64,000 nt of DNA, from assembly GCA_963664825.1 (NCBI GenBank), contig OY761614.1, positions 608,001 to 672,000 of the forward strand, in the 5' to 3' direction. Position numbers and translations under genes: made by a program. Under the pieces are notes generated by a model that saw nothing but the letters and a program-made list of their open reading frames with translations, was not told where the DNA came from and searched no databases. This document shows positions 9,396-18,592 of this stretch, one piece after another (the first letter of the stretch is position 1; every line of letters starts with the position of its first letter). Origin of the DNA: an uncultured Holophaga sp. Its GTDB lineage: Bacteria > Acidobacteriota > Holophagae > Holophagales > Holophagaceae.

Positions 9396-10661
9396 TTATA
9401 ATCGGTCGATCGGCAGGAAATTCTTAAGAAATGAACAAGTTCTTCCCAGTGCCCCCCGGAGGGACTCCGGCAGATTGGGTTCCTCTTCCCTGAAACCAGG
9501 CCGCAGCGGGGCCCCGGAGAGGGAGCGCCCCAGGGCCTCGGCCAGGGCTTCCCGGGCAACCACCCGCAGGAGCCCCGCCCCCTGAAGGGGGTCTACTAGG
9601 TCCCTGAAATTCTCGAAACCGGGGCCGATGAGTGTGGGCAGTCCCCAGCGCACAGGTTCCAGGGGGTTGTGCCCGCCCTGGCCGGTCCAGCCGCCCCCCA
9701 CCAGAGCCACCGTCCCTTCCCGATAGGCCAGGGGCAGTTCCCCCAGGGTATCCAGCAGCAGCACATCGACCTCGGACCAGGCCGTCACCGATTGGGGCCA
9801 GAGGCCGGAGGCCCTGTGAAAGCGCAGGCCCTCTGTGGCAAGCGTGGCAGCCACCTCCGGGAAGCGGCGCGGTTGGCGGGGCGCCAGGATCAGGCGCAGA
9901 TCGGGCACGGATTTCCGGGCCCTTCGCCACTGTTCCAGGATCAGGGCCTCCTCGCCAGGCACCGTGTTCCCGGCCACCAGCATGGGAAAGGCCTTCCAGG
10001 CCTCCCGCAGGATCTCCCAGCTGGCATGGAGGGGCACGGGGCGGGGCAGGTCGGCCTTGAGATTGCCGCCCAGCTCCACCAGGGGTGCCCCCAGGACCCG
10101 GAAGCGGTCCAGGCTCTCGGGATCCCGGGCCGAGACCAGCGAGAGCCGGGAGGCCGCCCGGCGCATCCAGGGCCCCCCCCGCTCCAGGCTGCGCTCCGTG
10201 AGGCGCCCATTGACGATGATCCGCGGGATGCCCCGTGCCTCCAGCTCCCGCAGCAGATTGGGCCAGAGTTCGGTCTCCAGGGCGATGAAGAAGGCCGGGG
10301 GATGATGCAGGAAGGGCCTCATCCCCGCCGGATCATCCACGGGAAAAGCCCCACCGCTCACCCGACCTGAGCCCTGATCCCATCCGGGAAGTTTCTTGGC
10401 CACTAGCGCCAGGCCCGCAGGCGTGCCCGTCGTGACGTGGACGCGCAGCCCCTGGTCCCTCAACCAACCGATGAGGCCATCGGCCAGGATCAGTTCGCCG
10501 ACGCTCACCGCATGCACCCAGATCCAGTGCGGCGGGAGATCCTCGGGGGGCTCGGCCTCCAGGCGCAGCCTCCACCCATCGGGCAGACCCCGGCGCAGCG
10601 CCCGTGCCCCTGCCCCCAGGAGACTCACACCCATCACGTAGCTCAGATCGATCCAGTCCAT
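9396..10661 (-). CDS. waaA: 3-deoxy-D-manno-octulosonic acid (Kdo) transferase
   Basis: WVHAVSVGE, ETELWPNL, GNLKAD, DTLGEL and GGHNPLEP motifs. Confidence 0.92.
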   Translation of the reverse strand: MDWIDLSYVMGVSLLGAGARALRRGLPDGWRLRLEAEPPEDLPPHWIWVHAVSVGELILADGLIGWLRDQGLRVHVTTGTPAGLALVAKKLPGWDQGSGRVSGGAFPVDDPAGMRPFLHHPPAFFIALETELWPNLLRELEARGIPRIIVNGRLTERSLERGGPWMRRAASRLSLVSARDPESLDRFRVLGAPLVELGGNLKADLPRPVPLHASWEILREAWKAFPMLVAGNTVPGEEALILEQWRRARKSVPDLRLILAPRQPRRFPEVAATLATEGLRFHRASGLWPQSVTAWSEVDVLLLDTLGELPLAYREGTVALVGGGWTGQGGHNPLEPVRWGLPTLIGPGFENFRDLVDPLQGAGLLRVVAREALAEALGRSLSGAPLRPGFREEEPNLPESLRGALGRTCSFLKNFLPIDRL

Positions 10662-10694
10662 GCCAACAGCCTCCCACAACGGCATCATGTTGGG

Positions 10695-11699
10695 ATGGTC
10701 AAAGCGTCCCGAGCCCCCCTTCAAGTCCTCCTGGTCACCGGCCCCCTGGGGGCGGGCAAGACCACGGTGGTCAACCGCCTGTTGAAGCGCGAGATCGCCG
10801 AAGGACGCCGGGTCTCGGTACTCCTCAACGAATTCGGATCGGTGAGCGTGGATGGCGCCCTGGTGGAAGCGGAGCGCCCGGAGTTGGCGGGCATCGCCAA
10901 TCTCGTGAACGGATGCGCCTGTTGCAGCCTGCGGGGGGATGTGGTGGCGACCCTGGCCACCTGGTGCGATCTGCCCGAGGAAGACCGCCCCGAGCGGGTG
11001 GTGCTAGAGACCACGGGCCTGGCCGACCCCACGGACCTGGTGGATCTGGGCACAGAGGCCCGGCTTCTGGGCAGGGTTCAGATCAGCGGGTGCCTCACGA
11101 TCGTCTCCTGCCTCACGCCCCTTCCACACCTGAGGCAGCGGGAACTGCTCCAGCGCCAGCTGGCCCTGGCCAACCTGATCTACGTGAGCAAGGCCGATCT
11201 GGATCCCAGCCTGGCCATGGCCTGGGAGAGCGAAATCCGCACCCGCTTCAGGGGTGCCACCCTCGTGCAGTCGCGCCTGGGGAAAGCCCCGGAGGGCAGC
11301 CCGGATCCCTGGTGCGGCGATCCCATGCCCCTCCCCGAAGAGCGGTCCCCCCTGCCCCGCCATGCTTTCGCCGATGCCCGTGTCCTGAGCCTTCCCTTGA
11401 ATCATCCCGTCTCCCCGGAGGCCATGGAGGAGCTCTTCCTCCGTGCGCCCGCACCGGGAGAACTCCTGAGGGCCAAAGGGATTGTTTCTTTTGAGGGCTG
11501 GCCCCCCAGGGAGGACGGCAGCGACCGCTGGGCCTTCCAGCTGGCGGATGGCCGCCTGGAGATCCTGCCCCTGCCCCCCCAGGCCGATGGAAGCCCCGTG
11601 CCCCGGATGGCCGTCGTGATCGGCCGGGGCCTCGATCTGCCGACCTGGAGGACGTCCCTGGGGCAACTGGAGCGCCCCGTTGAATTCCGAAGTCTGTAA
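10695..11699 (+). CDS. CobW/COG0523 family G3E GTPase metallochaperone
   Basis: GPLGAGKTT, NEFG, GCACC (CxCC), ETTGLADP, SKAD and LLRAKG motifs. Confidence 0.88.
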   Translation: MVKASRAPLQVLLVTGPLGAGKTTVVNRLLKREIAEGRRVSVLLNEFGSVSVDGALVEAERPELAGIANLVNGCACCSLRGDVVATLATWCDLPEEDRPERVVLETTGLADPTDLVDLGTEARLLGRVQISGCLTIVSCLTPLPHLRQRELLQRQLALANLIYVSKADLDPSLAMAWESEIRTRFRGATLVQSRLGKAPEGSPDPWCGDPMPLPEERSPLPRHAFADARVLSLPLNHPVSPEAMEELFLRAPAPGELLRAKGIVSFEGWPPREDGSDRWAFQLADGRLEILPLPPQADGSPVPRMAVVIGRGLDLPTWRTSLGQLERPVEFRSL

Positions 11700-11720
11700 C
11701 CAACCCCGAGGCCCCCGGTA
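11695..11720 (+). promoter_or_regulatory. candidate ECF-sigma autoregulatory promoter TGTAACC-N13-CCGGTA
   Basis: The same motif recurs at 13023-13049. It lies just upstream of the AAGGAG RBS of the ECF gene. Confidence 0.55.
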
Positions 11721-11741
11721 ATCCATTACAAGGAGCACCTC

Positions 11742-12320
11742 TTGGAAGAGCTGGACGATGCCGAGCTGATGGCGCGGGTCCGCGCCGGTCAGGCGGAACC
11801 CCTGGCCCTGCTCTTCGAACGCCATCACAGACCCCTCTACGGCTTTCTCTACCGGATGACGGGGCACACCGCCACCAGCGAGGATCTGGTGCAGGAGGTC
11901 TTCCTGCGGGTGCTGCGCTACGCCAGCAGCTTCAAGGTCGGCGCGCCCTTCCGCCCCTGGTTCTATCGCATCGCCCGCAATGTCCTGGCCGATCACGGTT
12001 CCCGATTCCGGCAGGAGGTGCCCCTGGAGCCTCACGCCACCGGCCTCTGCGCCAGCGAACCCTCCGCCCATGCCCGCCTGGAGACCGCCCAGGAACAGGA
12101 CCGATTGACCCAGGCCTTGGCGCAACTGCCTGTGGAGAAGCGCGAATTGCTGCTGCTTTCCCGGGATCCGGATCTGAGCTGCGGCGACCTGGCCGAACTC
12201 TATGGGTGCAGCCCAGGGGCACTGAAGGTGCGGGTGCACCGGGCCCTCCGGGAACTGCGCGCCCACTTCCTCGAGGACCATGCCACCCCTGAAGCCGAAA
12301 CCCTTGTGGAGGTGCCGTGA
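11742..12320 (+). CDS. ECF RNA polymerase sigma factor
   Basis: Region 2 'SEDLVQEVFLRV..FRPWFYRIARN' and region 4 'LKVRVHRALRELR'. TTG start with AAGGAG RBS. Confidence 0.93.
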   Translation: MEELDDAELMARVRAGQAEPLALLFERHHRPLYGFLYRMTGHTATSEDLVQEVFLRVLRYASSFKVGAPFRPWFYRIARNVLADHGSRFRQEVPLEPHATGLCASEPSAHARLETAQEQDRLTQALAQLPVEKRELLLLSRDPDLSCGDLAELYGCSPGALKVRVHRALRELRAHFLEDHATPEAETLVEVP

Positions 12321-13027
12321 TGCCCTGCGAAGCCATCCAGGAGTTCCTTCTCGACGGTCTGAAAAGCCCCCTGCCCGAGGGCTTTGATACGCACCTGGAG
12401 ACCTGCGCGGAATGCCGGGAACTCTGGGATACATGGCAGGCCCTTGGCGAAGTCCCCTCCCCCGACCCGGGGCTCAGCGCCCGGTTCCGGAGCCGCCTCC
12501 TGCGAGAAGGCCCCCAGAAACCCGCCGTCCACCGGCTCACCGGCTGGGGCCTGCCCCTGGCCGCGACCTTCCTCATCCTGCTCGGCAGCGCCTTCGCCGC
12601 GGGCTATGCCTTGCGGGGGAAGCCCGAGCCTTCCACCCCTCAGCAGGCCGCCCTGGAAGGGTTGCGGCGAGGCAGTCCGACTGACCGGATGCAGGCCATC
12701 GCCCTCGTCACCTCCCCCAGGAGCGGCGATCCGGATCTGGTGGAAGCGCTGATGGAGCGCGTTACCAGGGACCCCAACCCGGAAGTGCGCCTCGCGGCGG
12801 TGGAGGCCCTGTACCTCTTCGGATCCGATCTCAGCCTCGGCCAACGGCTCGCGAAGGCCCTGCCCCACCAGGATTCCCCCCGTGTCCAACTGGCCCTGGT
12901 GGACCTTCTGGTGGCCCTGCGGGAGCGCCGCGCCTCTGAAGCCCTGCGGCGCCTGCTGCGGGAAGAGCGCCTCGGCCCAGACGTGCGCCGCCACGCCGAA
13001 TCCCGCCTGACCGAAGCGCGCTTGTAA
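12317..13027 (+). CDS. zf-HC2 anti-sigma factor with TM helix and extracytoplasmic HEAT repeats
   Basis: C...HLETCAEC (ZAS motif), one TM, HEAT-like 'DPNPEVRLAAVEAL'. Overlaps the sigma stop codon. Confidence 0.88.
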   Translation: MMPCEAIQEFLLDGLKSPLPEGFDTHLETCAECRELWDTWQALGEVPSPDPGLSARFRSRLLREGPQKPAVHRLTGWGLPLAATFLILLGSAFAAGYALRGKPEPSTPQQAALEGLRRGSPTDRMQAIALVTSPRSGDPDLVEALMERVTRDPNPEVRLAAVEALYLFGSDLSLGQRLAKALPHQDSPRVQLALVDLLVALRERRASEALRRLLREERLGPDVRRHAESRLTEARL

Positions 13028-13049
13028 CCCGCTCGGTTCCATCCCGGTA
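13023..13049 (+). promoter_or_regulatory. second copy of the candidate ECF promoter, TGTAACC-N14-CCGGTA
   Basis: Matches the motif at 11695-11720 and ends about 30 bp upstream of ATG 13079. Confidence 0.55.
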
Positions 13050-13078
13050 TGCCCTTCTGAACGAAACTCGAGGTTCCC

Positions 13079-14467
13079 ATGAAGACCTTCCTCCAGCGCC
13101 TAGGCATCTGCATCGGCGGACTGCTCGTCCTATTTGTTCTCTTCCACCTGGTGGAGAACTGGCGGGGCAAGCGGGCCTGGACCCAGTGGAAGCAGGCCCG
13201 GGAAGCCCGCGGCGACAGCTACGACCTCGCCCGCCTCGCTCCCCCCCAGGTGCCGGATGGGGAGAACTTCGCCCGGGCCCCCTTCTTTGAAAAACTCGTG
13301 ACTCCAGATCCCCTGAACGCTGGCCCCAAGGAGCCGGTCCTGCCGACCTTCTTTTCCAAGACCGGTGTACTGGGAGATTGGCGGACGGGCCACAAGGCGG
13401 ACCTGGAAGGCCTCCAGAGGGAACTGAAGCTCAAGAGCCTGCAGGAGATCCTCGTGCCCTGGGAACCTGAACTGGCCGCCCTGACGGAAGCCGCCAAGCG
13501 TCCCCACTGCCGCCTGGAAAAGGACTACGCGGACGCTGACACCATCACGCCCCTCCTGGGGATGCGGTCGCGGGCCCGCATGCTCAGTTTCCGGGCCCTG
13601 GTCTCGCTCCGAGACAGGCAGCCTGACACGGCCATGGAGGATATCCTCACGGGCCTTCGTGTGGCGGCCCATCTGCAACAGGAACCCAAGCTCCTCAGCC
13701 AACTCCTGCGCGTGGCCTGGGTGAATATCCTGATGCAGCCCATCTGGGAGGGATTGCAGGAGCACCGCTGGAACCAGGCCCAGCTCGCGAAGCTCCAGGA
13801 GGCCTTGCGCCCCGTCGATCTCGTGGATTCCATGTCCCGGGCCTGGCACTTCGAGCACCTCCACATGACTAATGAATTCGAGAAGATGGCTAAGACTTCG
13901 CCTTGGACCCGGCTCGACAGGTTCGAGGAGGAAGAACAGAAGAGCCACCGCATGGGCCTCCGGCTTCGCAGCCTATGCTGTCCCAAGGGTTGGCTCTACC
14001 AGAACCTGCTCCGGGCCGACCTCTATTGGGCCGCCCAATTCCAGGACGTGTTCGACCCCCCGAGGCACCGCATCCTTGCCAGCGCCAGCAGGACCGCAAC
14101 GGCGGCCATCACAAAGATGCGTCGGATGCCCTACACCTTCCTGCTCGCCCAGACGGTGCCAGCCTTGTCGGGCCAGAACATCCGCGTGGCCCGTTCCCAA
14201 TCGGGCCTGGACATGGCGGTGATCGCCTGCGCCCTGGAGCGCTATCGCCTGGCGAAGGGCAGCTATCCCCAGATACTGGAAGCCCTGGTGCCCTCCTTCC
14301 TACCCAAGGCCCCTCGCGATGTGGTCGAGGGCCAGCCCCTGCGCTACGCGCCCCGAGGCCGGGAGGGCTACAGGCTCTATTCCCTGGGCTGGGATCTCAC
14401 AGACGAGGGCGGCCAGCCCACACCTAAGGATTCCCCAGACAAGGGCGACTGGGTCTGGAGCCGATAG
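13079..14467 (+). CDS. hypothetical N-terminally membrane-anchored protein with a GspG-like C-terminal segment
   Basis: 462 aa with an N-terminal TM. C-terminal 'ALERYRLAKGSYP..LEALVP.FL..P.D...G.PLRY...Y.LYSLG.D..D.GG' pattern. Confidence 0.7.
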   Translation: MKTFLQRLGICIGGLLVLFVLFHLVENWRGKRAWTQWKQAREARGDSYDLARLAPPQVPDGENFARAPFFEKLVTPDPLNAGPKEPVLPTFFSKTGVLGDWRTGHKADLEGLQRELKLKSLQEILVPWEPELAALTEAAKRPHCRLEKDYADADTITPLLGMRSRARMLSFRALVSLRDRQPDTAMEDILTGLRVAAHLQQEPKLLSQLLRVAWVNILMQPIWEGLQEHRWNQAQLAKLQEALRPVDLVDSMSRAWHFEHLHMTNEFEKMAKTSPWTRLDRFEEEEQKSHRMGLRLRSLCCPKGWLYQNLLRADLYWAAQFQDVFDPPRHRILASASRTATAAITKMRRMPYTFLLAQTVPALSGQNIRVARSQSGLDMAVIACALERYRLAKGSYPQILEALVPSFLPKAPRDVVEGQPLRYAPRGREGYRLYSLGWDLTDEGGQPTPKDSPDKGDWVWSR

Positions 14468-14483
14468 ATCGCAGAAATCGAAC

Positions 14484-14511
14484 CCCCAGCCCCTTCATTC
14501 CGGGGCTGGGG
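14484..14511. terminator. hairpin between convergent genes
   Basis: ccccagcccc-N8-ggggctgggg. The glgA stop codon falls in the loop. Confidence 0.45.
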
Positions 14512-15955
14512 TCGGAGAGTTCGGCGCCGCAAGTAACTGATATAGTTCCAGGTAGCGCTTGGCGGAGGCACGCCAGCTGAAGTCCTGCTTCATGGCATTC
14601 TGCTGGACCCGGGCCCAATCCTTGGGGTGGCGGGCGTAGCGTTCGCAGGCGCGGCTGAGGGTCTCCCCCAGCGCCAGGGCCTCCACGGGGTCGAAGACGA
14701 ATCCCGTGGCTGTGCCCCCTGCGAGCGTAACCTCTGTCGTATCCACCACCGTATCGGCCAGGCCTCCCGTGCGGCGCACCACGGGCAGGGCCCCGTATCG
14801 AAGGGCATAGAGCTGGGTGAGGCCGCAGGGTTCGAAGCGGCTGGGCACCAGCAGGGCGTCGGCTCCGGCCAGGAAACGGTGGGCCAGGGCCTCGTCATAG
14901 CCGATCCGCACGGCCACCTGGCCCTGGTGGCGGCGGGCCGCAGCCTTGAAACCCTGTTCCAGCAGGGGATCCCCCGAACCGAGAAGAGCCAGCTGGGCCC
15001 CCAGGGAAACCAAGTGCTCGACATTGGCCAGCACCAGATCCAGGCCCTTCTGGGTGACGAGGCGGCTCAGCACGGCAAAGAGCGGGGCCCGCGCCTCCTC
15101 CGATAGATGCAGTTCCCGCTGGAGCAGGTTCTTGCAGATCTTCTTGCCCGAAGGATGGAGGGCATCGTAGTGCGAGGCCAGATGGGGGCTGGTGGAGGGA
15201 CTCCAGACCCGGCCATCGACGCCATTGAGGATCCCCACCAGATCCTGCCGACGGTGGGTGAGGAGCCCGTCCAGCCTCTCCCCGAAGGCAGGCTCCTGGA
15301 TCTCCTGGGCGTAGGTGGGGCTCACGGTGGTGATGCGATCGGCGAAGTGGAGCCCCCCCTTCAGGAAGCTGAGATCGCCGTAGAACTCCGCTCCTTCCAT
15401 CTGGAAGGCCTCCGGCGGCAGCCAGAGCCCTTCCAGAACCTCCCTGCCGTAGATGCCCTGGTAGGCCAGATTGTGGACCGTCATCACCGTGGCGGGGCGA
15501 TCCCCCCCCCACAGGGCCAGGTAGGCCGGAGCCAGGGCCGTCTGCCAATCGTGGCAGTGGAGGATGCGCGGCCTCCAGCCATGGCCATCGCCATGCTGGG
15601 CGAGCCAGGCGGCCCCAAAGGAGAGGGCGCCGAAGCGCAGGCAGCTATCGCCGGTCTCCTCGTAGGGTCCCCCGGGACGGTCGAAGAGGGAGGGCGCGTC
15701 CAACAGGTAGAGGGGCACACCCGATGGCGTCCGGGCCAGCAGGAAGCGCGCGGGCCCCGAGCCGAGAAGATCCTCCAGCCTCCCCACCGGCTCGGCCTCC
15801 GGGAAGGCCTGTTTCAGCGCGGGATAGGCCGGCAGGAGCATCCGGGCCCGCACGCCGATCGCCCGCTGGGCCTCAGGCAGGGCGGCCAGGACGTCGCCCA
15901 GGCCTCCCACCTTCACCCAGGGGTAGAGTTCCGAAGCCACATGGAGGACTCGCAT
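14495..15955 (-). CDS. glgA: glycogen synthase
   Basis: KVGGLGDV, HCHDWQ and PSRFEPCGLTQL motifs. Confidence 0.96.
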   Translation of the reverse strand: MRVLHVASELYPWVKVGGLGDVLAALPEAQRAIGVRARMLLPAYPALKQAFPEAEPVGRLEDLLGSGPARFLLARTPSGVPLYLLDAPSLFDRPGGPYEETGDSCLRFGALSFGAAWLAQHGDGHGWRPRILHCHDWQTALAPAYLALWGGDRPATVMTVHNLAYQGIYGREVLEGLWLPPEAFQMEGAEFYGDLSFLKGGLHFADRITTVSPTYAQEIQEPAFGERLDGLLTHRRQDLVGILNGVDGRVWSPSTSPHLASHYDALHPSGKKICKNLLQRELHLSEEARAPLFAVLSRLVTQKGLDLVLANVEHLVSLGAQLALLGSGDPLLEQGFKAAARRHQGQVAVRIGYDEALAHRFLAGADALLVPSRFEPCGLTQLYALRYGALPVVRRTGGLADTVVDTTEVTLAGGTATGFVFDPVEALALGETLSRACERYARHPKDWARVQQNAMKQDFSWRASAKRYLELYQLLAAPNSPTPAPE

Positions 15956-15960
15956 CGGAC

Positions 15961-17226
15961 CTAGGATACCAAGCGATCCAGCATGCGCTGGGAGACCAGG
16001 GTGATGCCGCTGGGCGTGCGGTAGAAGCGCTCCGCATCGGCCTTGGGATCATCTCCCACCACTAGGCCCGGAGGGATCTGGGTGCCCCGGGTAACCACCG
16101 CCCGCCGCAGCCGGGCATGGCCGCCAATATTGGCGTGGGGCAGCACCACTGTCTCCTGGATATGGGCATGGGAATGGACCCGCACCCGGGAGAAGAGGAG
16201 TGATTGATACACCGTGGCGCCGGACACGATGCAGCCGTCGCCGAGCACGCTGCTGATGGCCAGGCCATTCCGGTGGGGCCCGCTGTGGACGAACTTGGCG
16301 CCGGGCAGCTGCTCCTGATGAGTGAAGATCGGCCAATCGTCGTCGTAGAGGTTCAAGGCGGGATCCACGTAGGTGAGGTCCATATTGGCTTCCCAGTAGG
16401 CGTCCACGGTCCCCACATCCCGCCAGTAGGGCGGCTTGTCCAGATTGGGGATGCAGCTCTTCTCGAAGGAATGGGCGCATACCCTGGCCTTGTCCAGCAG
16501 ATAGGGGATCAGATCCCGGCCGAAATCATGGGTGGACAGCGGGTCCTCCGCATCCCGTATCAGTTCACGGAAGAGGAAGTCCGCCTTGAAGAGGTAGATG
16601 CCCATGGAGGCCAGGCAGACGCCGGGTTTTCCGGGAATGCAGGGAGGCTCTTCGGCCTTCTCCACGAAATCCACGATCCGCCCGGCCTCGTCCACCTGGG
16701 CCACGCCGAAGGCCTTGGCGTATTTCTGGGGCACTTCCAGGCAGGCCACGGTCAGATCCGCGTCCATCCGGAGGTGATCCTCCAGGAAGATCCGGTAGTC
16801 CATCTTGTAGATATGATCCCCCGCCAGGATCAGCACGTTTTCGGGGTCGTGGGCCCGGATATTGGGGATGTTCTGGTAGACGGCATCCGCCGTGCCGCTG
16901 TACCACACCTCCCGCTCGTTGTTCTGCTGGGCGGGAAGGGGATGGACGAACTCGTCCAGGATGGTGGAGAGGAAGGACCACCCGTACTGCAGATGCTCCA
17001 GCAGGGGATGGGAATTGTACTGGGTGAGCACCATGATCCGACGAAAGGCCGAATTCACGCAGTTCGACAGGGCGAAATCGATGATCCGATACTTGCCGCC
17101 GAAGTCGAGGCCGGGCTTGGACAGCTCTCGGGTGAGATCCATGAGCCTGGATCCCCTGCCTCCCGCCAGGATCACGGAGATCGTGCGCTTGGGAGCAAAG
17201 TAGATATCCCGTGCCGAAAGCTGCAT
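15961..17226 (-). CDS. glgC: glucose-1-phosphate adenylyltransferase
   Basis: LAGGRGSRL, FGGKYRIIDF, GDHIYKMDY and YWRDVGT motifs. AGGAG RBS before ATG 17226. Confidence 0.96.
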   Translation of the reverse strand: MQLSARDIYFAPKRTISVILAGGRGSRLMDLTRELSKPGLDFGGKYRIIDFALSNCVNSAFRRIMVLTQYNSHPLLEHLQYGWSFLSTILDEFVHPLPAQQNNEREVWYSGTADAVYQNIPNIRAHDPENVLILAGDHIYKMDYRIFLEDHLRMDADLTVACLEVPQKYAKAFGVAQVDEAGRIVDFVEKAEEPPCIPGKPGVCLASMGIYLFKADFLFRELIRDAEDPLSTHDFGRDLIPYLLDKARVCAHSFEKSCIPNLDKPPYWRDVGTVDAYWEANMDLTYVDPALNLYDDDWPIFTHQEQLPGAKFVHSGPHRNGLAISSVLGDGCIVSGATVYQSLLFSRVRVHSHAHIQETVVLPHANIGGHARLRRAVVTRGTQIPPGLVVGDDPKADAERFYRTPSGITLVSQRMLDRLVS

Positions 17227-17461
17227 GAACACTCCTAGCCGGGCCGTCGGCAGCCGCCAACAAACCTCCGGCCTTTCATACAAAAGTCATCGAGCAGGTC
17301 CATCCTGAACATTAATTTTCACATGCAGTTGCATAATTATTCATATCTTAGTCCCCACGAGATCCAGGAGGCCCCTGGAGACGAGCTCCCGCGCTCCTTT
17401 CGTCCGAAGCGTGGCCCCCGTCTGCCGGTAGGATGGACAGGTTCCTTCCTCTTGGATTTCC

Positions 17462-18592
17462 ATGCGCTTCCTCCATACCTCCGACTGGCACCTGGGCAAG
17501 ACCCTCTGCAATGCGAACCTGCTGGAGGACCAGGCGCACGCCCTGGAACAGGCCATCGCCATGATCAAGGACACCAAGCCCCAGGCCTTGGTCATCGCCG
17601 GGGACGTCTACGACCGCGCGGTGCCACCCAAGGAGGCCGTGGCGCTCCTGGACGAATTCCTGAGGCGGGTCGTGGGCGATCTCCGGGTGCCGGTCCTGAT
17701 GATCGCGGGAAACCATGACAGCCCCGAGCGCCTGGGCTTTGCCGCCGATTTCCTCGAGCCCCAGGGCCTTCACGTGGCGGGCCTCCTGGCTCCCGACCCC
17801 GCACCCGTGGTGATTGGCGAGGCCGCCTTCCACTTGATGCCCTACGCCGATCCCGCCGCCGCCCGGCACGCCTTCCAGGACGAGAACATCCGCACCCATC
17901 AGGATGTTCTCACGGCCCAACTCTCCCGGGCCTGGAGCCACCATCCCCAGAGCAAGCGCTTCATCGCCGTGAGCCATGCCTTCGTGGCTGGCGGTCTCTG
18001 TTCCGAATCCGAGCTGGGCCTGGATGTGGGTGGCAGCGGCGAAGTGGATCCCAGGCTCTTCGAACCCGCCGATTACACGGCCCTGGGCCATCTCCACCGC
18101 CCCCAGGACGCGGGATTCCCCCATGTCCGCTACGCGGGCAGCCTGCTCAAGTATTCCGCCTCCGAGGCCAGCCACCTGAAGGCCATCACCCTGGTGGAGC
18201 TGCCCACCCAGGGCAAGGCCCGCACCGAGCCCCTGCCCTTCACGCCCCGGCGGGATCTCCGCAAGCTCCGGGGCGCCTTCGAGGATCTGCTGCGGGAGCC
18301 CACGGAAAGCCGGGAGGACTACCTGTTCGTGGAACTCACCGACGGAGGCCCCGTCCTGGACGCCATGGCCCGCCTGCGACGGATCTATCCCAATATTCTG
18401 GGCATCCAGACGGGCTCCGAGCGCGCCTCCGAGGACCTCTCCCCCCTGCGCTCAGATCCCCGCAACCTCGACCCCGAGAGCCTCTTCCAGACCTTCATCC
18501 AGGAGAGCACGGGCCAGGAGCTCAACGAGGAGGAGATGGCCATCTTCCGCGAAGTGGCAGGAAAAGCGCTGCTGACAGGAGACCGGCCGTGA
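17462..18592 (+). CDS. sbcD: exonuclease SbcCD subunit D
   Basis: HTSDWHLG, AGDVYD, AGNHD and ALGHLH metallophosphoesterase motifs. Confidence 0.95.
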   Translation: MRFLHTSDWHLGKTLCNANLLEDQAHALEQAIAMIKDTKPQALVIAGDVYDRAVPPKEAVALLDEFLRRVVGDLRVPVLMIAGNHDSPERLGFAADFLEPQGLHVAGLLAPDPAPVVIGEAAFHLMPYADPAAARHAFQDENIRTHQDVLTAQLSRAWSHHPQSKRFIAVSHAFVAGGLCSESELGLDVGGSGEVDPRLFEPADYTALGHLHRPQDAGFPHVRYAGSLLKYSASEASHLKAITLVELPTQGKARTEPLPFTPRRDLRKLRGAFEDLLREPTESREDYLFVELTDGGPVLDAMARLRRIYPNILGIQTGSERASEDLSPLRSDPRNLDPESLFQTFIQESTGQELNEEEMAIFREVAGKALLTGDRP

